Assembly: GCF_044704955.1 (NCBI RefSeq)
Contig: NC_091977.1
Location: 13,020,001-13,084,000 of the forward strand
DNA length: 64,000 nt
Source of the DNA: Pristiophorus japonicus
Taxonomy: Eukaryota
Reading direction: 5' to 3'
The notes beneath the pieces are model-generated. The model searched no databases and was not told the origin of the DNA. It saw only the letters and a list, made by a program, of their open reading frames with translations. Shown piece after piece: positions 47,221-58,667 of the stretch (positions within the stretch are counted from its first letter, which is position 1; each line of letters opens with the position of its first letter). The position numbers and the translations under genes are program-made.

Positions 47221-48600
47221 GTGGCTCCGAACGGCAATCTAAGCACCTACCTGATGTTCCTGGATCCATGGAGACTCGCGTTCCTGGACTTCCATGTGTA
47301 GACATGCATAGAGGCCCCCATAGCCCAGGGCCACAGGCGGTTCACAAGCAGCACTGGGATCACATGGGCCAGCCCAATCAAGAAAGAAGGGGTTTCCCCA
47401 TTCATGATATGGGGATTCCGTACATACGGAGTAAGCATGAATGAGGATCACATAAAAAACCACACTTACAGAACAAATAAAAATGTTTTTATTACATATT
47501 TAAAATTAATTAAAATATAATTTAGTTAAACATCTAAAACAAAAATTAATTTTTTGGGAAAAATAAATTTAAATGCGTTAAAGGGGCTAAAATAAATGAT
47601 TGTATAGGTTTTAAATCTTTAAATAATTGAAAAAAAATTATTTTTGTATTCATTTACATTCTTAAGAATTTCACAGGCATTTGTTGGGCCGCAGTTGGGC
47701 AATAGCCCAACTTTCTGCCTGCCGAGGCCCTTTTCCTGGGGATGGCTATGATTCTTGACAGATCGAAAGTTCTGGGTTTTCGCGCATAGAAACATCGAAA
47801 AATAGAAAATAGGTGCAGGAGTAGGCCATCTGGCCCTTCGAGCCTGCACCACCATTCAATAAGATCATGGCTGATCATTCACCTCAGTACCCCTTTCCTG
47901 CTTTCTCTCCATACCCTATGATCCCTTTAGCCGTAAGGGCCATATCTAACTCCCTCTTGAATATATCCAACGAACTGACATCAACAACTCTCTGTGGTAG
48001 GGAATTCCACAGGTTAACAATTCTCTGAGTGAAGAAGTTTCTCCTCATCTCAGTCCTAAATGGCTTACCCCTTATCCTTAGACTGTGTCCCCTGGTTCTG
48101 GACTTCCCCAACATCGGGAACATTCTTCCTGCATCTAACCTGTCCAGTCCCATCAGAATTTTATATGTTTCTATGAGGTCCCCTCTCATCCTCCTAAACT
48201 CCAGTGAATAAAGGCCCAGTCGATGCAGTCTCTTCTCATATGTCAGTCCTGCCAGCCCGGGAATCAGTCTGGTGAACCTTCGCTGCACTCCCTCAATAGC
48301 AAAAACGTCCTTCCTCAGATTAGGAGACCAAAACTGAACACAATAGTCCAGGTGAGGCCTCACCAAGGCCCTGTAATACTGCAGTAAGACCTCCCTGCTC
48401 CTATACTCAAATCCCCTACCTATGAAGGCCAACATTTCATTTACCTTCTTCACCGCCTGCTGTACCTGCATGCCAACTTTCAATGGCTGATGTACCATGA
48501 CACCCAGGTCTCACCCAAGCATGCGCCTCGCAGGGCCCCCACAGTTGGGCACGCACCAAGTATACAACCATAGGCACTGGAAAATACCGGCCGATAAGTT
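47221..48600. mobile_element. MITE remnant related to 14094-23443, interrupted by a CR1
   Basis: Shared blocks gggcaatagcccaa and ttgacagatc; AT-rich centre; termini not resolved. Confidence 0.55.
47788..48512 (-). mobile_element. 5'-truncated CR1
   Basis: ORF2 C-terminus; GCAT duplicated at 47784-47787 / 48519-48522. Confidence 0.9.
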
Positions 48601-48604
48601 GCGC

Positions 48605-49500
48605 AGTCCGGATGGAATGCATCCTAGGTTGCTGAGGGAAATAGGGTAATGACTATAATCTTCCAATCCTCCTTGGCTACAGAAGACTGGAGAATTGCAA
48701 ATATTACACCCTTGTTCAAAAAAGGGTGTAAAGATAAACCCAGCAACTGCAGGCCAGTCAGTTTAACCTCGATAGTGGAGAAGCTTTTAGAAACAGAAAT
48801 CAGGGACAAAATTAACAGTGAGTTGGACCAGTGTGGGTTAATTAAGGAAAGCCAGCATGGATTTGTTAATGGCAAACCATGTTTAACCAACTTGATGCGA
48901 GTTTTTTGATGAGGTAACAGAGGAGGCTGACAGGGCAATGCGGTTGACATGGTGTACATGGACTTTCAAAAGGCGTTTGATAAAGTGCCGCATAATAGGC
49001 TTGTCAGCAAAATTGAAGCCCATGGAATAAAAGGGGCAGTGGCAGCGTGGATACAGAATTGGCTAAAAAATAGAAAACAGAGAGTTACAGTGAATGGCTG
49101 TTTTTCGGACTGGAGAGCGATATATGGTGTTCCCCATGGTTCAGTTCCAGGACCACTGCTTTTCTTGATATATATTAATGACTTGGTCTTAGGCACTATT
49201 TCAAAATTAACAGATGACACAATACTTGGAAGTATAATGAACAGTGAGGAGAATAGTGATACACCTCAAGAGGACATAGAAAGGCTGGTGGAATGGGCAG
49301 ACACATAGCAGATAAAATTTAACACATGAAAGTGCAAACTGATACATTTTGGTAGAAAGAATGAAGAGAGGAAATATAAACTAAAGGGTACAATTCTAAA
49401 GAGCTCCATGAACAGAGAGACCTGGGGGTATATGTGCACAAAGCGTTGAAAGTGGCAGGATAGGTTGAGAAAGCAGTTAATTAAGCTTAAGGGATCGTGG
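48605..49500 (+). mobile_element. Old CR1 RT fragment
   Basis: [26 protein letters not shown]. Confidence 0.85.
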
Positions 49501-49839
49501 GCTGAGTATTTCCAACATTTTCTGTTTTATTTCAGACTTCCATAGTATGATTACAGCACAGAAGGAGGCCATTCAGCCCGTCGAGCCCATGTCAGCTCTC
49601 TGCAAGAACTCATCGGCTAGTTCCACTTCCCCCGCCCTTTGTCCGTAGCCCTGAAAATTTTTTTCCTTCAGGAACTTATCCAATTCCCTTTTGAAAGCCG
49701 TGATTCTGCCTCCACCTCCTTTCAAAAGTACTTCAATGGTTGAGAAACACTTTGGGAAATTCCGAGGTCATGGGACGTTTTACTATGTTGAAGGTGCTGT
49801 ACAAATGATCGAATGGCCTTTGACTGGCCAAATTGCCTC

Positions 49840-50322
49840 CTTCCGCCCATGTCCTAACTCGCACCAAAGTCCCATTCATCCATCACCCCTGTGCTCGCTG
49901 ACCTACACTGTCTCCCGGTTAAGCAATGCGTCGACTTCAAAATTCTCATCCTTGTTTTCAAATCCCTCCACGGCCTCGCCCCTCCCTATCTCTGTAATCT
50001 CCTTCAATAACCCCCCCTCCCCCCACATGTCTGCGCTCCTCTAATTCTGGTCTCTTGAGCATTCCTGATTATAATCGCTCAACCATTGGTGACCGTGCCT
50101 TCTGTTGCCTAGGCCCTAAAGCTCGGGAATTCCCTGCCTAAGCCTCTCCGCCTCTCTTTCCTCCTTCAAGACGCTCCTTAAAACCGACCTCTTTGACCAA
50201 GCTTTTGGTCACCTGCGCTAATTCTCCTTATGGGACTCGGTGTCAAATTTCTTTACTTCATAATACTCCTGTGAAGCGCCTTGGGACATTAAAGACGTTG
50301 TAACCGAATACAAGTTGTTTTT
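49840..50322 (+). mobile_element. L2 3' end
   Basis: PITPVLADLH..FKILILVFKSLHGLAP-like text; tail atacaagttgtt. Confidence 0.75.
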
Positions 50323-50439
50323 GTTGAAATATTGAGGATCTCTTGTGAAGGACTTTTGCTACTTCTTTTAAAGGTGACTAAAATAATGGACTTGGAATGA
50401 AACCTTTGCTTTCTTGAGCAAGAACTCAGCTGTCAGGTT

Positions 50440-51320
50440 GACTGACATCAGGATGCCCATTGTCCAGGATGGTGTGAGAGAGAAACGTGTGTTAGCCCGG
50501 ATGAAACGGAGTTGCGTAAGATTATACCTGAAGTAATTGACGAGCAGAAACCAGGCGGGAGGTTGCAGAGATCCAGAAGCAAGGTCTGCAAACTGTTGAG
50601 AGATTCTTTGATCACTAAACAGCAGATTTTGGAGAGGAAACCACATCTATGGGTTCATTCTACGAGGTTTTTCAGGAGAACCACATCAGACATTGGAACA
50701 AGATGGCATAAGAAAGGAAGCTTTGTTTTCTCCCCGAGTCAAAGAATCCGATCAATTCTTTTTCCTGAGTTGTACTCGATTGAAAAGGAAAAGATTGTAT
50801 GAAAAGTCGCTTTCTTTCCAGTTCAAACCGTGTGTTATAATAACATTCTTCAAAGTTAGAAAATAACTACAGTGTCTCGCTTGATTGCTTTTGTAGTCTG
50901 AAGAAGAGGGGGAAGTAATCTTACAGGCGAATATATAGATGCCTAATCGGAGAGACATGGCGGAACATCTTTAAAGGTTAGTGACCTGCTTGGAGAGGCA
51001 GCTCCTTTGAGTCATTGAGCCCAGATCCTGAAAGTTGAATTTCCGCACACCCTGACAGAGGTCAGAACCGAAGTTATGGTGCAAGGATTGCTCTTAGTGA
51101 CTAAGGTTGTAAAACCCAGGCTGTTTGGACATCTCAGAAAGGTGTGTCAAATATTTAAAAGAAATTAAACAAACAGAACAAGAAGACAATGAAAGAACTC
51201 AGAGGAAAGAAAAAGGACTCCAGGAACTGAAAGGTAAGATTGTTGAGCAACAAGCTGCTGCAGTAACTTGCTCAGAAGCTCTTCAAGTTTGTAGAAAGGG
51301 AATGTCTCAAAACTGAGGAT
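50440..51320 (+). pseudogene. Possible fossil of a hAT-like transposase C-terminal half
   Basis: Broken frames: DIGTR; HL*RLVTCL; LSH then DPES*IS (compare LSHGNADPERGFS-type motif); charged coiled tail YLKEIKQTEQED..GLQELK. Confidence 0.35.
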
Positions 51321-52024
51321 GAGATGTTCAGTGAGAAGGAGAAACGTGAGTGGAGTAAAGATGGTCTGAAATAATGTGGAAAGGGGGCTGCAGGGTTGGG
51401 ATCATCAGAGAGAGAGGCAGTTGTAATGGTTCAGGAACCGAGAATACGAACCTCATCTGGTTCCCCAGCGCCCCCTTCCCCTGTACTCCATGTCACTGCA
51501 CCCCTGCAATATACCAACTGAAGGTAGTCCTGCTTTGTCTCATTCGGTGTGTTGTATTGATAAGAAAATGACAACAGTTAATTCAGCCTGGAAGTACTGG
51601 ATTAAATTTAGTAATATTATCCTGATCATTGCGCAACTATTTAAAATGACTGCTTTTTTTAGATTTGCGTACAGCAAGTCTGAAACTAGTGTTGTGGTGA
51701 CTGACTCTACTCACTTCTGCTTTTTATTCCCCCCCCCCCCCCCCCCAAGGGTTTTCCAATAAATAATTAACTCCTTACTTCTCTTTAGCCAAATTGCAAT
51801 GCTAAATGTAAAGACATGGGGCACAAAATTGGGCCTGGTAGCTGCCGTGGATTGGGCGCTATGGGGGCCGTTCGGGAACCATAATGGTGTCTGCTATTGT
51901 TCACTGGAATTATGCAGAACAGACAGACCATATTGACACCAGCGCTGCCATTTTGAAGCTCCACTCTCGAGCCGACACCCTTTATTAAGCTCGCACAGCT
52001 GAACGCACATTAAGCAGCAGGAAG

Positions 52025-54695
52025 GAACATAGAAACATAGAAAGTAGGTGCAGGAGTAGGCCATTCGGCCCTTCGAGCCTGCACCACCATTCAATATGAT
52101 CATGGCTGATCATGCAACATCAGTACCCCATTCCTGCTTTCTCTCCATACCTCTTGATCCCTTTAGCCGTAAGGGCCACATCTAACTCCCTTTTGAATAT
52201 ATCTGGCCTCAACAACTTTCTGTGGTAGAGAATTTCACAGGTTCAGAATTCTCTGAGTGAAGAAGTTTCTCCTCATCTCAGTCCTAAATGGCTTACCCCT
52301 TATCCTTAGACTGTGATCCCTGGTTCTGGGCTTCCCCAACATCGGGAACATTCTTCCTGCATCTAACCTGTCCAATCCCGTCAGAATTTTATGTTTCTAT
52401 GAGATGCCCTCTCATTCTACTAAATTCAAGTGGATATAAGCCTAGTTGATCCAGTCTTTCTTCATATGTCAGTCCTGCCATCCCGGAAATCAGTCTGGTG
52501 AACCTTCGCTGCACTCCCTCAATAGCAAGAATGTCCTTCTCAGATTAGGAGATCAAAACTGCGTACAATACTCAAGGTGTGGTCTCACCAAGGCCCTGTA
52601 CAACTGCAGTAAGATCTCCTTGCTCCTATACTCAAATCCCTTCGCTATGAAGGCCAGCATGCCATTTGCTTTCTTTACTGCCTGTTGCACCTGCATGCCT
52701 ACCTTCAATGACTGATGTACCATGACACCCAAGTCTCGCTGCACCTCCCCTTTTATTAATCTGTCACCATTCAGATAATAATCTGCCTTCCTGTTTTTGC
52801 CCCAATGTGGATAACCTCACACTTATCCACATTATACTGCATCTGCCATGCATTTGTCCACTCACCTAACCTGTCCAAGTCCCCCTACAGCCTCCTAGCA
52901 TCCTCCTCCGTGTCGCACTGCCACCCAGCTTAGTAACATCTGCCAACTTGGAGATATTACATTCAATTCCTTCGTCTAAATCATTGATGTATATTGTAAA
53001 TAGCTGGGGTCCCAGCACTGAACCCTGCGGCACCCCACTAGTCACTGCCTGCCATTCTGAAAAGAACCTGTTTATTCCCACTCTTTGCATCCTGTCTGCC
53101 AACCAGTTCTCTATCAACATCAGTACATTACCCCCAATACCATGTGCCTTAATTTTGAACACTAACCTCATGTGTGGGACCTTGTCAAAAGCCTTTTGAG
53201 AGTTCAAATACACCACATCCACTGGTTCTCACTTATCCACTCTATTAGTTACATCCTCCAAAAACTCTAGAAGATTTGTCAAGTATGATTTCCCTTTCAT
53301 AAATCCATGCTGACTTGGACTGATCCTGTCACTGCTTTCCAAATGCGCTGCTATTTCATTTTTAATAATTGATTCCAGCATTTTCCCCACTACTGATGTC
53401 AGGCTAACCGGTCTATAATTACCCGTTTTCTCTCTCCATCCTTTTACATTAGCTACCCTCCAATCCATAGGAACTGAACCAGAGTCCATGGAATGTTGGA
53501 AAATGATCAACAATTCATCTACTATTTCTAGGGCGACTTCCTTAAGTACTGTAGGATGCAGACTATCAGGCCCTGGGGATTTATCGGTCTTCAGTCCCTT
53601 CAATTTCCCTAACGCCATTTCCTGACTAATAAGGATTTCCCTCAGTTCCCCCTTCTCGCTAGACCCTCGGTCCCCTAGTATTTTCGGGAGGTTATTCGTG
53701 TCTTCCTTAGTGAAGACAGAACCAAAGTATTTGTTCAATTGGTCTGCCATTTCCTTGTTACCCATTATGAATTCCCCTGATTCTGACTGCAAGGGACCTA
53801 CATTAGACTTCACTAATCTTTTTCTCTTCACATATCTACAGAAGCTTTTGCAGTCAGTTTTTATGTTCCCTGCAAGCTTCCTCTCATAGTCTAGTTTCCC
53901 CCTCCTAATTAAATCCTTAGACCTCCTCTGCTGAATTCTAAATTTCTCCCAGTCCTCAGGTTTGCTGCTTTTTCTGGCCAATTTATATGCCTCTTCCTTG
54001 GATTTAACACTATCCCTAATTTCCCTTGTTAGCCACGGTTGAGCCACCTTCACTTTTTTATTCTTACGCCACACAGGGATGTACAATTGTTGTAGTTCAT
54101 CCATGTGATATTTAAATGTCTGCCATTGCCTTTCTATCGTCAACCCTTTAAGTATCATTCTCCAGTCTATCCTAGCCAATTCACGTCTCATACCATCGAA
54201 GTTTCCTTTCTTTAAGTTCAGGACCCTAGTCTCTGAATTAACTGTGTCACTCTCCATCTTAATGAAGAATTCTATCATATTATGGTCACTCTTCTCCAAG
54301 GAGCCTCGCACGACGAGATTGCTAATTAATCCTCTCTTGTTACACAAGACCCAGTCTAGGATGGCCTGCTCGCTTGTTGGTTCCTCGACATATTGGTCTA
54401 GAAAACCATCCCTTATACACTCCAGGAAATCCTCCTCCACAGTATTGTTACTAGTTTGTTTAGCCCAATCAATATGCAGATTAAAGTCACCCATGATAAC
54501 TGCTGTACCCTTATTGCACGCATTCCTAATTTCCTGTTTGATGCCATCCCCAACCTCCCTACTACTGTTTGGTGGTCTGTACACAACTCCCACTAATGTT
54601 TTCTGCCCTTTGGTGTTTCGCAGATCTATCCATATAGATTCCACATCATCCACGCTAATGTCCTTCCTTACTATTGCGTTAATCTCCTCTTTAAC
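52025..54695 (-). mobile_element. CR1 LINE with partial APE endonuclease and RT
   Basis: [29 protein letters not shown]; (atagaaac)n tail; inserted after a MITE-like end at 51818. Confidence 0.93.
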
Positions 54696-55093
54696 CCTCA
54701 CGATCATCAACTACTGACAGGTTAGTTGCTGGATGATTTCTTCTTACTGTTGCTACAACTCTACAAGTGTTCGGTGCTTTGCCTTGTTTTTTCAAGTTGC
54801 AAAGGTCTCCAGGGAGTGGTATGGCAGGAGCTGAAGAAATTTTTGCTGACTTCAAGGATTCTGCGCAAACCAGTTGCTCCCAGGCATGGGTGCACTTTGC
54901 AGACATTGATCTGACAGGGGAGGGAGTAAAAGGGACTTCCTGATCTGAAGCTGGCTGGTAAATATATCATCTCTTTTTATTTCCTTTGTTAACCGCAGAT
55001 TTAAGAAGGGTGCAACGAGAAGTAACGAGGAACCGTCACAGTTCCACAGAGTGGGTGGTCGGCCGTCAGGGAGTTCTGGGTGCTGAAGGAGTG

Positions 55094-55166
55094 ATGAGAT
55101 CGCTGTGCATTGTGTTTTGTGCGCTCGCACTGATCGTCTCAGCAGAACATACGTATTCTCCAAGAG
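55094..55166 (+). other. Signal-peptide-like reading frame (candidate leader exon)
   Basis: MRSLCIVFCALALIVSAEHT in apparently unique sequence; no canonical phase-1 donor seen. Confidence 0.3.
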
Positions 55167-55519
55167 GAAGCAGGAACCCATTTCTTTCTTTATTATGAGC
55201 TATGGGGAAAGAGCAGGGGATGTAATTAGAGCGGTATTTCAAAGAGCTGGCATCGGCACAACATTTATCTCTAAAACTGGTGGCATGGCCATTTACTTCA
55301 TTGCTGTTTGTGGAACATTGCTGTACATAAATTCACTGCTGCATTTCTATATATTACAGCAGGGATTACACTTCAAAAGTGCTTCATTAGTTGTAAAGGG
55401 CTTTGGGACATCCTGAGGTTGTGAAAGATTCCATATAAATGCAAGTCTTTCTTTTCTTTTGTTTTAAGGGATGGGATGGGATAAACATCAGTCCAGGAAA
55501 GAGCAGGCACAGACAGGGT

Positions 55520-58500
55520 TTTTTTTAAATTTCAAAATATACTTTATTCTTATAAAAATTTGTACAGTACATTCAAAAGCAGTTCAGTACATTTAGCTGC
55601 GGTCAGCAATCCCATACACTACATTTGGGTGCTGACGGCAGTTCCGTTCGATACATTTCCTTGCTTTTCAATTCAAGTACAATTCGGAACAATACGGGAT
55701 ACATTGTAGTACATTCGGCAAATGACATAACATGTGTCACTATACAGTACACGGAATGGGTGACGGTACATTTACATTTTTCTTTTCAACGTGCATTACA
55801 AAACAGACCTTGCATTGTACATGGCACTACATAGGTGTTTACAGACCATGGTGCTCCATGTACACAAAAAAAAGAAGTTACAAGTACAGCCCGAGGGGAG
55901 TTTTATACTGATTCCAGCCCCTGGGTTTTCCGTGACGGAAGGGCTTTAAACTGTGGCCCTTCCCCACCGTGCCTTTGCGGCGACTGCACCAATTTTAAGT
56001 GCGGCCCTCAGCACGTAATCCTGGATCTTGGATTGCGCCAGTCTGCAACACGCAGACGTGGACATCTCCTTGCTCTGGAAGACCAGCAAGTTTCGGCAAG
56101 ACCAAAGAGCGTCTTTCACTGAGTTGATGGCCCTCCAGCAGCAGATGATGTCTGTCTCGGTGTGTGTCCCTGGGAACAGCCCGTAGAGCACAGGGTCCTG
56201 TGTTACGGAGCTGCTCGGGATGAACCTCGACAGCAACCACTGCATCTCCTTCCAGACCTGCCTTGCAAAGGGACAATCCTGAAGGAGATGGGTGACAGTC
56301 TCGTCCGCCCCGCAAACGACTCGGGGGCACCGTGCCGTGCTGCTGAGACGTCGGCTGTGCATGAACGCTCTGACGGGTAAGGCCCTCCTCACCGCCAACC
56401 AAGCTACGTCTTGGTGCTTGTGTGAAAGCTCTGGCGATGAGGCGTTCTGCCAAACAAGTTCGACAGTCCGCTCAGGGGACCACCCGACAGGGTCCACCCT
56501 CTCCTTCTTTCGTAGGGCGTCCAGGACCTTACGTGCTGACCACTGTTTGATGGCCTTGTGGTCAAAGGGGTTTTTTGTGAAAAACTTTTCCACGAAGGAC
56601 AGGTGGACAGGCATGGTCCAACTGGTGGGGGCGTTTCGCGGCAGCGTGGCCAGACCCATCCTTCACAACAATGGGGACAGGTAGAAACTCAGCACGTAGT
56701 GACACTTGGTGTTTGCGTACCGGTGGTCAGTGCACAGCTTGATGCAGCCGCACACAAAGGTGGCCATCAGGATGAGGGCCACGTTCGGAACATCCTTTCC
56801 TCCACTGTCCAGAGATTTGTACATTGTGTCTCTGCGGACACGGTCCATTTTGGACCTCCAGACAAAGTGGAAGACGGCCCGGGTGACTGCCGCGGCACAG
56901 GAGCGTGAGATGGGCCAGACCTGTGCCACGTGCAGCAACCCCGAGAGTACCTCACTCCTGATGACCAGGTTCTTTCCTGCCATGGAGAGAAAGCGCATCT
57001 TCCACCATCCCAGTTTTTGCTTCACTTTGGCAATACACTCTTCCCAGTTTTTGGCGCACGCCCCGTCCGCTCCGAACCATATTCCCAACACCTTCAGGTA
57101 ATCTGGCTTAACGGTGAAGGGAATAAAGGATCGGTCGGCCCAGTTGCCAAAGAACATGGCCTCGCTCTTGCTGTGATTGACCTTCGCTCCCGAGGCCAGT
57201 TCAAACTGGTCGCACATTGTGAGCAATCTGCGGACCGACTGCGGATCCGAACAATAGATGGCGACGTCGTCCAAGTACAGGGAGATCTTGACCTGAGCGC
57301 CTCCACTGCCTGGGATCGTCACCCCTCTAATGCCCGCATCCTTCCTGATGGACCCGGAAAAGGGCTCGATACAACACAAACAAGGCAGACAAGAGAGGAC
57401 AGCCTTGCCTGACTCCAGACCTGATCACAAAGCTTGTAGTTTCCCACCCGTTGATTAGAACTGCGCTACTGATGTTTCTGTAGAGCAGTTGGATCCAATT
57501 GTGGAAACCCTCCCCAAACCCCATTTTGGAGAGCACGTCCATCAGGTACGTGTGCGATATCCTGTCAAAGGCCTTCTCCTGGTCTAAGCTGATTAAGCAG
57601 GTGTCCACCCCCCTGTCCCGCATGTAGGCGATCGTAGCGCCAGGCTATCAGAGATCTTCCTGCCGGGGACAGCGCAGGTCTGGTCCGGGTGAATCACCAG
57701 CTCAAGAGCAGACTTGACCCTGTTGGCGATGACCTTTGACAGGATCTTGTAGTCCACATTGAGCTGCGAAATGGGCCGCCAGTTTTTGATTTCCTCCCTC
57801 TCCCCCTTCTGCTTGTAGATGAGGGTGATGATGCCTTTCCTCATCGATTCTGACATGCTGCCAGCCAGAAGCATACCCCCGTACACTTCCAGCAGGTCTG
57901 GGCCCATCCAGTCCCACAGAGCCGAATACAACTCGACCGGTAAGCCGTCGCTTCTGGGAGTTTTACTCGTCGCAAGGGACCAGACGGCCTTTGTCATCTT
58001 GTCCAGAGTTAACGGGTGGTCCAGACTCTCCCGCTCGCTGTCGTTTAGGACCTCCGTGATAGACAACAGGAACAACTGGGAGGCCGCGCGGTCTGTGGGC
58101 TTGATGTCGTACAGCTTGGCATTGAAGGATTTGCTGATCCTCAGCAGGTCAGGCTGCGAAAACGTCACAGAACCGTCTTCTTCCTTTAGGCTGGTGATCA
58201 CAGAGCTCCCCCTGTGTACCTTTTGGAAGAAGAAGCGTGAACACGTCTCATCCTGCTCAGCGGAGCGGACTCTGGAGCGGAAAATGATTTTGGAGGACTC
58301 TGAGGCAAAGAGCGAGGCTTGCTGGCCCTTCACCTCTTGGAGTTCCTCCGTGACATCGACCCCCATCGACTGCAGCAGGAGCAGGTTTTGCATGCTCTTC
58401 TGGAGTTGGGACAATTCCCTCTGTCTCCTTCTCGCCTCCTGAACACCTTTGAGGATGAAGAACCTCTTGATGTTTGTCTTGATTGTTTCTCACCAGTGAA

Positions 58501-58625
58501 ACCAGAAAGTTGGCAGAGGGATATGGAAGCTGAACGTGAAACTGTTGACTCCGGAAAATGTGGAGGAACTCAAGAGGGATTACAAAGGTTGGAGAACCGT
58601 AAAACCCCTCTGCGATTCCCCGATG
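55520..58625 (-). mobile_element. Tx1-clade LINE (family A) with inverted 5' segment
   Basis: Poly-T and tttatt at left; NWRPIS, IHPDQ, SLDQEKAFD, YLDD; inverted 58499-58625; TSD AGACAGGGT 55511-55519 / 58626-58634. Confidence 0.92.
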
Positions 58626-58667
58626 AGACAGGGTGGGACAGGGTGAGACAGGGTGAGACAGGGTGAG

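Noticed and set aside
54761-54970. FYSLPCQINVC..LGATG resembling a GIY-YIG motif
   Set aside because: Key Tyr/Ile residues are absent and no flanking Penelope sequence is present; likely chance.
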